This document shows positions 1 through 9,356 of a stretch of 64,000 nucleotides of DNA, piece by piece. How positions within the stretch are numbered: the stretch's first letter is position 1; each line of letters starts with the position of its first letter. The notes under the pieces were generated by a model. That model was not told the origin of the DNA. It worked only from the letters and a program-made list of their open reading frames with translations, and ran no database searches. The translations under genes were made by a program, and so were the position numbers. Source of the DNA: Candidatus Methylomirabilota bacterium (lineage in GTDB: Bacteria; Methylomirabilota; Methylomirabilia; Rokubacteriales; CSP1-6); contig JBKPCB010000027.1 of the NCBI GenBank assembly GCA_046727155.1, positions 2,626 to 66,625 on the forward strand, read 5' to 3'.

Positions 1-13
1 AAGCGACATAAAT

Positions 14-433
14 TCAGAGGTTGCGGGCGAGGACCTTCGCCAGGGACTCGGGCCTGAACCCGAGCTGCAGCAGGGCCGCGCCCGTGTCGAAGTACTCGCG
101 GTAGCGCGCGATCCGTCCGCCATCGAGCTCGAAGAGGCTCATGCCGCGAAAGCCGATCTTCCGCCCGGCGCTGCGCGGCACAGCCTCGGTGACGGTGTAG
201 CCGAAGGTCCACTCCGCAGTCGCCAGCGCCGGCGACTCGACCACCGTGTCCATCGTCCACCGGTAGTCCTTCCCTTCCCGGAACATCCGCTCGAACATCG
301 CGCGCAGTCTCGCGGGCCCCGTGTGCTCGCCATAGAAGGTGTCGCGGTAGCTGCCGGTAGGCGTGAAGCAGGCGACGTGGCCCGCCACGTCCTGGCGGTT
401 GAAGGCCCGCTCGAACTCTCTCACGACGCTCAC
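14..433 (-). CDS. SnoaL-like / NTF2-like domain protein (about 139 aa)
   Basis: The C-terminal 139 aa of ORF 14..904 have an NTF2-like fold signature (VREFERAFNRQD...W..ELDGGRIARYREYFD). The likely GTG start at 431-433 overlaps the upstream gene's TGA stop in a GTGA junction. Confidence 0.6.
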   Translation of the reverse strand: MSVVREFERAFNRQDVAGHVACFTPTGSYRDTFYGEHTGPARLRAMFERMFREGKDYRWTMDTVVESPALATAEWTFGYTVTEAVPRSAGRKIGFRGMSLFELDGGRIARYREYFDTGAALLQLGFRPESLAKVLARNL

Positions 434-1659
434 GGGCGGATCACGAACTGCAAGAGGCGGTGGGCCTGGCGGAGGGCGGCCTCGGCCTCCGCCGGCGTCT
501 TGGCGCGCGAGAAGATGAAGCCCAAATAGCGCGAGCCCTCGGGCAGCGGCACGACCTCCTGGCCCTTGTGCAGCGAGATGGTGACGTCCTCGATCAGCGG
601 CACGGCCCGCGCCTCCTCCAGCCCGCGCGCCTCCTCGAGGATCCCACCGCGCGGGATCGGAATCATCATGACGCCGGCCGCGCGGCGCTCGCGCTCGAGC
701 GAGGCGATGGGCAGGCCGAGCGCATGGCGCAGGATGATCTCCTCGAGCGACATGCCGGTGCCGAAGCGCAGGGTGCGCGAGCAGAGCCCGCCGATCGAGC
801 GCGCGGCGAGCTCGATCATCCACGGCCCCTCGCGGTTCACGCGCACTTCGGCATGGACCGGGCCGTCCTCCAGCCCCAGCGCCTTGGCGGCCCGGGCCGC
901 GCACTCCCGGATCGCCGTCTGCCCCGCCTCGGACAGCCGCGAGGGCGTGACGTAGATGGTCTCCTCGAAGAACGGCCCGTCGAGCGGATCCGGCTTGTCG
1001 AAGAGCGCGAGCGTCTCGAGCGCGCCGCTGTCCAGCAGGCCTTCGAGCGCGACTTCCGCGCCCGGGACGAAGCCTTCGACCAGGATCCGGTCGGTCCCCT
1101 CGCCGAGCTCGCGCACATCAGGAGACTCGAGGATCCTCGCGATTCGCTCGAACGCCGCGACGAACTCGCGCTCGGAATCGGCGCGGATGACGCCGCGGCT
1201 GGCCGATAGCACCAGCGGCTTGAGCACGCAGGGATACGCGACACGGCGCGCGATCTCCGCGGGGCGCTCGCTCACGGCGAACGAAGCGAAGGGCGGCGAC
1301 GGCACCCCCGCCTCCGCCAGCCGCTCGCGCATCCTGAGCTTGTTCCGGGTGGCGCTCACCGCCGCGACGGGATTGGCGCGCAGCCCCAGCGCCTGCGCGA
1401 TGGCGGCGCCGACCACGGTCGTGAGGTCGTCCACGGGCACCACGGCATCGATCGGCCGGCGAACCGCGTACGCCTGCATCTCCTTGACGGCGGCATCGGG
1501 ATCGGAGAACGGAAGCGTGAGGAGGTGGTCGGGGAACTCCGCGGACATCACGTTGGGCCGATCGGACGCGATCACGAGATCTACGTCGAGCGTCTGCGCG
1601 GCCTCCACGAAGTCCTCGGTGCGATAGGTGGTGGTGGGAATCAGCAGCAGCAGCCGCAT
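430..1659 (-). CDS. ATP-grasp domain protein, L-amino acid ligase-like carboxylate-amine ligase
   Basis: The ORF 430..1767 contains a pre-ATP-grasp region, an ATP-grasp domain and a C-terminal domain of about 410 aa (motifs YPCVLKP, EGFVPG). The probable start is MRLLLLIPTT at 1659. It is translationally coupled to the downstream NTF2-like gene. Confidence 0.7.
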   Translation of the reverse strand: MRLLLLIPTTTYRTEDFVEAAQTLDVDLVIASDRPNVMSAEFPDHLLTLPFSDPDAAVKEMQAYAVRRPIDAVVPVDDLTTVVGAAIAQALGLRANPVAAVSATRNKLRMRERLAEAGVPSPPFASFAVSERPAEIARRVAYPCVLKPLVLSASRGVIRADSEREFVAAFERIARILESPDVRELGEGTDRILVEGFVPGAEVALEGLLDSGALETLALFDKPDPLDGPFFEETIYVTPSRLSEAGQTAIRECAARAAKALGLEDGPVHAEVRVNREGPWMIELAARSIGGLCSRTLRFGTGMSLEEIILRHALGLPIASLERERRAAGVMMIPIPRGGILEEARGLEEARAVPLIEDVTISLHKGQEVVPLPEGSRYLGFIFSRAKTPAEAEAALRQAHRLLQFVIRP

Positions 1660-1699
1660 GGCGGAGCCCAGTGTAACACGCCGCCCGGAACCCGTTCGG

Positions 1700-1912
1700 G
1701 TGCGGTATACATGAAGGCCAGTTGTGCGAGCCGCAGGACGTCGTGGGCGCGGGGCGAGCCGCAGCACGGCCGGGGGCTGGGCCCCCGCGTGCGAGGCGAG
1801 CGATATGAGGAGCGCCCCACCGTCCGAGGCGAGCTATCCAGTTGTGCGAGCCGCAGGACGTCGTGGGGCTGGGGCCCCACCGTCCGAGGCGAGGTATCCA
1901 GAGGAGGACCCG
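1700..1912. repeat. Compound direct-repeat array in the divergent intergenic region between the ATP-grasp and LLM genes
   Basis: The 30-nt unit ccagttgtgcgagccgcaggacgtcgtggg occurs twice (about 1711 and 1838). ccccaccgtccgaggcgag(c/g)tatcc occurs twice (about 1813 and 1876), and gctggg(g)cccc is also repeated. Confidence 0.7.
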
Positions 1913-1915
1913 CGC

Positions 1916-2857
1916 ATGCGTGTCGGCATCATGATCGAGGGACAGGAAGGGCTCACCTGGGAGCGCTGGCTGCGTCTCGGCCAGGCCGCCGAGGACTTCG
2001 GCTTTGAATCGCTCTGCCGGTCGGATCACCTGACTGGCCTCTGGGGCGAGTCCAAGCGGCCGTCGCTCGAGACCTGGACCTCGCTCACGGTGCTCGCGAC
2101 GCGCACGTGGCGCATCCGCTTCGGCCCCATGGTCTCGCCGCTCACCTTCTATCACCCCGCGCTCTTGGCAAAGATGGCGGTGGCGCTCGACACGCTGTCG
2201 GGCGGGCGGGTCGATCTCGGGCTGGGCGCGGGCTGGAACGAGCACGAGCACCGGATGTTCGGCGTGCCGATGCCGCCCATGAAGGAGCGCCTCGACCGGC
2301 TCGAGTGCGCCGCGCGCCATATCCGCGCGCTCGGCGCCGGACGGCCGGTCACGCTGGACCAACCCTACTACCCGCTCCAGAAGGCCGAGAATCACCCGCT
2401 GCCGACCCACCGGCGCCTTCGGATCGTGATCGGCGGGCGTGGCGAGAAGCGCACGCTCAGGATCGCGGCCGAGTTCGCCGACGAATGGAATGTCACCCGC
2501 GTGGATGTGGCGGGCTTCACGCGGAAGCGCGAGGTGCTGGCGCAGCACTGCCAAGCGCTGGGGCGCGACCCGGAAACCGTCACCCGCTCGCTGATGGTGC
2601 CCATGGCCATCGGCCGCGACTCGGCCGAAGTGGCCGAGCGCATCGCCGCGGCACGTGTCATCTTTCCCCAGCTGCCGGAGAGCGAGACCGCATGGCGGGA
2701 GGCGAGCTTTCTCGCGGGCTCCCCCGATGAGATCGGCGGCACGCTGATGAAGTGGAAAGAGGCGGGGCTGCAGCGGGTGCTCTTGCAGATGCTGGATCAG
2801 GAGGATTTGAGCGCGCTCGAGAGTTTCGCGCGCCACGTGCAGCCGCGGCTGTACTAG
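1916..2857 (+). CDS. LLM-class (luciferase-like) F420/flavin-dependent oxidoreductase
   Basis: MRVGIMIEGQEGLTWERW..., with a GAGGAGG RBS 8 nt upstream of the ATG at 1916. The sequence is typical of a luciferase-like monooxygenase of about 313 aa. Confidence 0.8.
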   Translation: MRVGIMIEGQEGLTWERWLRLGQAAEDFGFESLCRSDHLTGLWGESKRPSLETWTSLTVLATRTWRIRFGPMVSPLTFYHPALLAKMAVALDTLSGGRVDLGLGAGWNEHEHRMFGVPMPPMKERLDRLECAARHIRALGAGRPVTLDQPYYPLQKAENHPLPTHRRLRIVIGGRGEKRTLRIAAEFADEWNVTRVDVAGFTRKREVLAQHCQALGRDPETVTRSLMVPMAIGRDSAEVAERIAAARVIFPQLPESETAWREASFLAGSPDEIGGTLMKWKEAGLQRVLLQMLDQEDLSALESFARHVQPRLY

Positions 2858-2864
2858 CTCGCGC

Positions 2865-3606
2865 TCAGAGCTCGATCACGAGCCCGTCGGCCGCGCGCTC
2901 GATCTCGCCCTCCGCCGCCCGGGCGAGCATGTCCGGCCCCATGTGGGTGAGGACGATGCGCCGGCAGCCGAGTCGCGCGGCCTCGGCGCGAAGCGTCGCG
3001 TAGTCGAGGTGGTAGCGGATTTTCCGCTCGTAGGTGTAGGCCTCGCACACGAAGAGGTCGGCTCCGCGGGCCGCTTCGATCAGGCTCTCGGTCCACTCGG
3101 TGTCGCCGGAGTAGGCGATCTCGCGCCCGCCATAGGCCACCCGCAGCGCGTACGACGGCGCGCCGCTCGCGTGCTCGACCGGAAACGCCGTCGCGCGGGC
3201 GGGGCCGACGGTGACGGGCTGGCGCGGCAACAGCTCGACGAACTCCGTCGCAAAGCGCCGCTCGACGGCGGTCGAGCCGGGGAAGAACACTTCCATGGCC
3301 GCCTCCACGCGTGCTCGGACGCCCGGCGGTCCGGCGATGACCAGCGGTCGCGTCCGACGGCTGAATTGGCCATCCAACACCAGAAAGGGTAAGCCGCCGA
3401 AATGATCGCCGTGCAGATGCGTGAGCAGCACCCAGCCGACGGCGGACGGATCCACGCCCGCCCGCTTCATGGCGATCAGGGAGGAGGCGCCGCAGTCGAT
3501 GAGCACATCGCCCGCCTCACCCTCGAGCCGCAGGCAGGTCTGAAGCCGTCCGCCGCTGCCGAAGGCGTCGCCGGATCCCAGGAACTGCAGGCGGAGCGCC
3601 GCCACG
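2865..3606 (-). CDS. MBL-fold metallo-hydrolase
   Basis: It carries the HLHGDH (HxHxDH) metallo-beta-lactamase motif and the LQFLGSGDAFG N-terminus. The start is a GTG near 3606. Confidence 0.75.
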
Positions 3607-3613
3607 GTCGCCG

Positions 3614-5116
3614 CTAGAGCCGGTCGGCGAACATGGCTCGGTAGTGGCGGTACCAGTCGCTCTGGAACCGTTCGTCGGGATCGTGGCGCCGCTTGAGCTT
3701 GAGGAAGCCGGCGAAGTTGGGGTAGGCGGCCTCCACCTGCTGACGCGTCGCCCAGCGATGATAGGTCAGGTAGTACGTGCCACCGTAGTGCAGGCCGTGG
3801 TCGATCAGCCGGCGGAAGGCCTCGGCCGAGCGCTCGAGCCCCTCGGGCGTGTGGGCCGTGTGCACGTTGAAGATGACGCAGGCCCACGGCTGCCGCGCCC
3901 ACGCCAGCGCCGTCTCGTCCTCGCGCTCGATGAGCCGGATCGTGCCGTAGATCACGTCCACGCGATTGCGGACAACGTCTCGGCGCACGTCGTCCATGAA
4001 CCGCCCGAGCGCGCCGCGCGGGACGTAAATCTCGGTGATCATCTCGGTGGCGCGCTCGTCAGCGGCGAGCTGGCGGTCCAGACCCTCGTGGTAATTGTCA
4101 AGGTACACCGCCATCTGATGCGTGTCCGACCAGTAGAGCTGGCCCGACGTGGACAGATAATAATCGGCGTAAACCTCAAAGGCGCGCCGCTTGTTGACAT
4201 GGGAGAGGTAGAGCAGCCGACGCCAGCCCTCCACGTCCATCTCGCGCTGCCGCTCCGGCACGGCGCGGCCCGCATTCACCGGACGGTAGCACGAGAACAC
4301 GCCCTTGCGCATGAACTCGCCCGAGACCGCGTCCGTCGCGTACTGGAAATCGCCGAAGAGGTAGCCGTCGGCGATGCGACGCTCGAAAGCCGGAATGAGC
4401 CGATCGGCGTCGAGCACCTGGACCACGCGCTCGATCCTGCGGCGCGGTGCGAGGCGCAGGGTCACCGAGGTCATGACGCCGAAGAGCCCGTAGCCACCGA
4501 TGGCGGAGCCGAAGAGCTCGCGATTCTCGGTTCGGCTGCACCGTCTCACGGCGCCCTGAGCGTCCACCAGGGAGAAGGCCTCGACGTCCTGGACCATGGG
4601 CTGGTAGCGCAGGCCGCGGCCGTGCGCATTGGCGGCCAGCGCGCCGCCGAGGGTCAAGCGGTCAGCGCCGGTTTGCTTCTGCACGATGCCCCACGCCTGG
4701 GCGCGCCCCTTCTGCGACTCGACCAGGTAGCCCACCAGCTCGGGCCACTCGATGCCCGCTTCGACCTCGATGAGCCCGCGCTCGACGTCGAAGCCGAGGA
4801 TGCGATTCATCGCCGTCATGTCGAGCATCAGGGTGCCGGCGCCGAACTGCTGGCCGCCCATGGCGTGGCGGCCGCCGGCGATGCTGACGGCGCGCCCCTC
4901 GGTCCAGGCCCGGCGGATCAATGCCTGAACGGCGTCTACCGTGGGCGCTGGCGCGACGGTGGCGACGCGCGCGGCATTGAGCTGGGAGTGGACATCGTTG
5001 ACGACAATGCCCTCGGCCCGGCCGGTCTCGAACGCGCAGCCGGTAGAGAGCAGGGCGGCCCCCGCGCCGGCGCGGGCCGCCGAGCCGAGAAACTGGCGCC
5101 GCGTGAGCTCAGCCAT
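3614..5116 (-). CDS. FAD-binding (PCMH-type) oxidoreductase with a Tat signal peptide
   Basis: MAELTRRQFLGSAARAGAGAALL is a twin-arginine motif. An FAD-binding domain (SIAGGRHAMGGQ) follows, together with a C-terminal substrate domain. Confidence 0.75.
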   Translation of the reverse strand: MAELTRRQFLGSAARAGAGAALLSTGCAFETGRAEGIVVNDVHSQLNAARVATVAPAPTVDAVQALIRRAWTEGRAVSIAGGRHAMGGQQFGAGTLMLDMTAMNRILGFDVERGLIEVEAGIEWPELVGYLVESQKGRAQAWGIVQKQTGADRLTLGGALAANAHGRGLRYQPMVQDVEAFSLVDAQGAVRRCSRTENRELFGSAIGGYGLFGVMTSVTLRLAPRRRIERVVQVLDADRLIPAFERRIADGYLFGDFQYATDAVSGEFMRKGVFSCYRPVNAGRAVPERQREMDVEGWRRLLYLSHVNKRRAFEVYADYYLSTSGQLYWSDTHQMAVYLDNYHEGLDRQLAADERATEMITEIYVPRGALGRFMDDVRRDVVRNRVDVIYGTIRLIEREDETALAWARQPWACVIFNVHTAHTPEGLERSAEAFRRLIDHGLHYGGTYYLTYHRWATRQQVEAAYPNFAGFLKLKRRHDPDERFQSDWYRHYRAMFADRL

Positions 5117-5749
5117 GATGCGTCTCCGGAATGACGAGAGCAGCGGCACCGCGGTAGATGAGAATGAGCGCCACCGCTTGGAGGGCGTGGTAGAGCGCAT
5201 TGTGATCGAAGCGCGCCGGGTCGGGCGCGATCCGGAGCTGCTGCACGGCCGCCGCCAGAAAAGTCAGCACGAGCCCCGCCATCCCCGCCCAGGCCCCGCG
5301 GATCCCGCTCCGGGCGGCCTTCCAGCCGAAGACGACGAGCAGGAAGAGCGCGGCGGGCAGATACTCGATGATCGCTGCCGCGAAGTCCTGGCTCACCAGC
5401 AGGATCAATGCCGCGTAGACGACGAACAGGATTCCGGCGGCGATGGAAATGCCCTGCGCCGCGGCCGGCGCGAAGGCCAGGGCGCCGCCGGCGCTCCATG
5501 CCGCCCAGGCCATGACGCCGATCGCCAGCAGCACGGCCGGCCAGAGCAGACGGTGGCCCACGCTCGCCGGGTCGGGAAAGAAGCCGTGGACGGTCCCGCC
5601 GGTCAGTGCCGCGGCGCCGAGCGAGAGGAAGAAGAGTGTGAACCACTGCCCGGCGGGGCCGCCGGCGCGCCGGCCCATGAGCCAGGCCAGCACGGCGCAT
5701 TCGGCCGTGAGACCGTAATCGGTGAGTGTGACGATCGGCTCGCTGATCA
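5109..5749 (-). CDS. Hypothetical integral membrane protein
   Basis: It starts MMISEPIV and has about 6 predicted hydrophobic helices. It overlaps the downstream gene by 8 nt and abuts the upstream methyltransferase gene. Confidence 0.5.
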
Positions 5750-6406
5750 TCATCGGGCGCGGCGGAGGCGCGGCAGCAGCGCGCCCGTGCGGGCGCAGTA
5801 AGCGCGGTACTCCGAAAAGGTGGCGGCGAGCAGGGCTTCTTCGTAGCCGATGCGGCGGCGGAACGCGAGCGGGAGTGCCACGACGGCGAGCCCAGCGGCG
5901 ATCCAGCTTCGCAGCAGCACGCAGCTCGCCACGAAGGTCACGAGGGCGCCGGTGTAGCTCGGATGGCGGATCAGCCGGTAGGGCCCGTCCTGCACCAGCC
6001 GTTGCCCCGGCTGCACCTCGACGTTCCAGGTGAAGCAGCGGCCCAGCCGGAGCACCGCCCAGGTCCGTAGCGCGAGACCGGCCAGCATGAGCGCGAACGC
6101 CACCCAGGTCAGCGCGTCGAGCGGCAGCGCGGCGCGGCGGCGCAGCGCCAGCTCGGCCAGGGCGGCGATCTGAGTCAGGTACACGGTCCACACGATCTGC
6201 ACCGCCGTGCCCCGATCCTCCGCGGTGCGCGAGCCCTCGAAGAGCGAGTAGGCCGGCTGCAGCGCATTGGCGAGAACGCTCACGGCCGCGAGCATCCAGA
6301 GCTGGGGCAGCGCGAGCGCCGGCGGCCACACCCAGGCGAGCACCGCCGCGGCGACGATCCACGCCGCCAGGGCGCGCGCCGCCTTCGTGCCGGCCGCAGC
6401 CGTCAC
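5750..6406 (-). CDS. Isoprenylcysteine carboxyl methyltransferase (ICMT/PEMT) family membrane methyltransferase
   Basis: It carries the diagnostic LVQDGPYRLIRHPSY motif and is a multi-pass membrane protein. Confidence 0.7.
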   Translation of the reverse strand: MTAAAGTKAARALAAWIVAAAVLAWVWPPALALPQLWMLAAVSVLANALQPAYSLFEGSRTAEDRGTAVQIVWTVYLTQIAALAELALRRRAALPLDALTWVAFALMLAGLALRTWAVLRLGRCFTWNVEVQPGQRLVQDGPYRLIRHPSYTGALVTFVASCVLLRSWIAAGLAVVALPLAFRRRIGYEEALLAATFSEYRAYCARTGALLPRLRRAR

Positions 6407-6445
6407 GCGGCGTCGCCCGGCGCGGCGGCTCGCCTCACCGGGCCT

Positions 6446-7552
6446 CTACTCGACGCCCGCGCTGAGCATGTCGGGATGAAAGCGGAGGCCGTGGCCGGGC
6501 ACGTCCAGGGGGGCGATCATGCCGCGCTCGATCACGGGGGCGCGCTCGAACATGCCGTCCACGAAATAGGGCAGGTACTCGATGTACAGCGCGGTGGGCG
6601 AAGCGCCCAGCAGCGGCGTCATCAGCTCGGGGAAGTGATGAGGCGCCACCAGCACGTCGTGGCTCTCGATGAGGGCGAAGGTGCGCAGGCATTCGGTGAC
6701 GCCGCCCAGCCGGAAGATGTCGGGCTGGACGATGTCCACCGCCCCGGCCTCGAGCAGCGACCGGATGCCGTAGCGCGTGTAGACACTCTCGCCGCTCGCC
6801 GTCTTGAACGGCGCGCGGCCGCGAAAGTCGGCCAGGTCCTGGGCCTGATGCGGCTGGAGCGGCTCCTCGACCCAGAACACGGGCAGATCGCGCAGCGCCG
6901 CCATCCGATCCAGCGCCTCTGGGACGGTGCGGAAGGCGCAGTTGCAGTCGACCATGACCCGCCGTGTGGAGCCGACCAGCTCGGCGACGGCGCGTATGCG
7001 CTCGACGTCGACGCGCGGATCCGGGTGGCCGATCATCAGCTTGATGCCGTGAACCCCGCGATCGAGCGCTTTCTCCGTCTGCGCTCTCAGCTCGTCCATG
7101 GTGAGCGAGAGCATGCCCACCGTGGCATAGACCGGCAGCGGGCGGCCGGCGTGCCCCAACAAGCGATGGAGCGGCAGGTCGTGGGCCTGGGCGGCCAGAT
7201 CCCAGCAGGCGATGTCCACTGCCGCCATTGCAAAGGTTCCGATGCCTTGGGGACCCAGGTGCCGGAGGCGGCCCCACATCAATTCCCAGAGATCGCGCGG
7301 GGCCAGAGCGTCCGCGCCGAGCACGACGGGGCGCAGTGACTCTTCGATGCAGGCGCGGATCGCGCGTGCGCCGTGGCCCGGCGTGAAGGCGTAGCCCAAG
7401 CCTTCGAGATTGCCGGCGGCGAGGCGGAGGATGACGTAGTCGAGCGAGGGAAGCGACTTGACGGCATTGCCGAGCGGTCTCTCGAACCCCAGCCGCGTGG
7501 TGGGCACCGATACCAGGCTAGTGCGGAGACGCGTGATCGGCAGCGCGCCCAT
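6446..7552 (-). CDS. Mandelate racemase / muconate lactonizing enzyme family protein (enolase superfamily)
   Basis: It has the LDYVILRL...GIKLMIGHPDP...VMVDCNCAF...WVEEP metal-ligand pattern of the MR/MLE family. The start is MGALPITRL at 7552. Confidence 0.75.
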   Translation of the reverse strand: MGALPITRLRTSLVSVPTTRLGFERPLGNAVKSLPSLDYVILRLAAGNLEGLGYAFTPGHGARAIRACIEESLRPVVLGADALAPRDLWELMWGRLRHLGPQGIGTFAMAAVDIACWDLAAQAHDLPLHRLLGHAGRPLPVYATVGMLSLTMDELRAQTEKALDRGVHGIKLMIGHPDPRVDVERIRAVAELVGSTRRVMVDCNCAFRTVPEALDRMAALRDLPVFWVEEPLQPHQAQDLADFRGRAPFKTASGESVYTRYGIRSLLEAGAVDIVQPDIFRLGGVTECLRTFALIESHDVLVAPHHFPELMTPLLGASPTALYIEYLPYFVDGMFERAPVIERGMIAPLDVPGHGLRFHPDMLSAGVE

Positions 7553-7604
7553 GCGCCCCACTATCGGGGCGGCCACCCGCGATGTCAATCGCGCCCGCTC
7601 GCGC

Positions 7605-8300
7605 TCAGGGCAGCCGCAGGACATCGCCGGGCCGAAGCCACACGGGCTCGGCGCCGCGGCGGAATACCTTGACGCGAGCGGCGCCGTGAACCGTCACGAT
7701 GCCGTCGGCGTCGATGAGCCAGGCCCCTTCCTCGATCCCGACCACCGGGTTGTCGTTGACGACGTGGTACTCACGGATCCGGTCGTCTCGCGTCTCGCTG
7801 TAGGGCGCCATGGCCGGATCCGTCTCCGCATAGTGCGGGTTGATGTTGAACGGCACCAGCCCTAGCGCCTCGAAGCGGTCGAGCGCGACCACGTTCCAGT
7901 CGTTGGTGGTGAGGATATTGGCACCCGCCACGTTGGAGCCCGCGCTGGCCCCCGCGTAGGGCATGCCCACGCGGACGCGTCCGCGAATCGGTTCGAGCAG
8001 TCCCGTGTGGCGAAGCCGCTTGAGCAGCGCGTAGGTATTGCCGCCGCCCACGAAGAGCGCTTCCGCCTTTCGGAGCGTGTCGAGGGGCTGCTCGCTCCAG
8101 CGCAGATGCAGGAGCTCGAGCCCCGCGCCCTCGGGCGGCGCCGGGCTCAGCGCGGCGCTGATCCGCTCGAAATACGCCCGCTCGTCGAACAGGCTCGCCG
8201 CCGTGACGACGGCCACGCGCCGGGCCGGGCCCAGGAACTCCCGCAGCCCCGCGCGGCCGTCGGGGCCGAGCGGCCCTCCGGAATGGAGCAGCACGCGCAC
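7605..8300 (-). CDS. pepE: Peptidase E (S51 family alpha-aspartyl dipeptidase)
   Basis: FVGGGNTYALLKRL and GASAGS are the PepE family signatures, and the length is 231 aa. Confidence 0.75.
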   Translation of the reverse strand: MRVLLHSGGPLGPDGRAGLREFLGPARRVAVVTAASLFDERAYFERISAALSPAPPEGAGLELLHLRWSEQPLDTLRKAEALFVGGGNTYALLKRLRHTGLLEPIRGRVRVGMPYAGASAGSNVAGANILTTNDWNVVALDRFEALGLVPFNINPHYAETDPAMAPYSETRDDRIREYHVVNDNPVVGIEEGAWLIDADGIVTVHGAARVKVFRRGAEPVWLRPGDVLRLP

Positions 8301-8303
8301 CGG

Positions 8304-9066
8304 CTAGCCTCCCAGCAGCCGGCGGAGCTGGCTCATGGACTTGACCAGGTAGTGGGCCACACCGTCGGGCCCGCCTTTGGGCGCGAAGAGCACAGCCGTC
8401 ATCCCGATGCGCCGCGCGCCGCGGATGTCGGAGTCGATGCTGTCGCCCACCATGGCCGCCTCGTCCACGGTGCAGCCCATGCGCTGCAGCGCCAGCTCGA
8501 AGAGCGGGGGCTCGGGCTTGCCGACCACGATCGGGCGCACGCCCGCCGCCGTCGCCACCGCCTCGACGATGGCGCCGCAGCCGGGCAGGAAGTCGCCGCC
8601 TTCGACGGGCAGCCGCGGGTCGATATTGGGCGTGAGGAACGGCGCGCCGGCGGCGACCGCCCGGGACGCGGCGGTGAGCCGCTCGTACGTGAAGGCGAAG
8701 TCGTTGCCGACCACGACCACGGTGGCCTCGCGGAATCGGTCCGTGGGAACCAGGGCATGGCCGGCATCGCGAATCACCTGCTCCATCTCCTCGCCGCCGA
8801 TGGCCAGCACGCGCGAGGGGCCCCACTGCCGCATGATCACCTCGCCCAGGATCTCGAGCGGTGTCAGCACCTCGCGCTCTTCCGCCTGCACGCCCAGGCG
8901 GACGAGCTTGCCCTGCATGGTCTGGGAGCGGGCGCGCGAGTTATTGGTGAGAAAGCAGACGCCGCGCCCTTGGCTGCGCAGCAATGCCAGCACCTGGGCG
9001 GCGCCCGGAATGAGCACCTCCCCCGTCCAGACGCAGCCGTCCAGGTCGAACACAAACCCCTTCATT
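8304..9066 (-). CDS. HAD-IIA family hydrolase (NagD-like sugar-phosphatase)
   Basis: It starts MKGFVFDLDGCVW (DxDG motif I) and has a C-terminal GDSIDSDI motif (HAD motif IV). Confidence 0.75.
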
Positions 9067-9356
9067 TCCCGCAGAGACCGCCGGGTGGGACTCACGCGAG
9101 GGGGCTCCCGAGCCCGGCCGAAGCCGGCTCGGACCGGGCGCAGACAGGCGGGATCTCGGACACGATGCGGTCGAGCAGCACGCGGAAGTGGCAAATCCTC
9201 CTGATTCCAAGCGTGTTCGGGTACTCCGTGGCTTTCGGGCTCGGATACTACCATGCGGGCCCCCCGCCGGGGAGGCCCGGCGGGCCCCCAGGTGAACGAT
9301 TGGGCCCATCCAAAAGCCTTCGCACCGCGGGCAATTCGCGCTAAATTCAAAGGATA

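Noticed and set aside
1700-1912. Possible CRISPR array or tandem repeat locus.
   Set aside because: There are only two copies of each unit, with irregular spacing, no spacer-repeat periodicity and no cas genes. It is better explained as operator repeats or a peptide-coding repeat.
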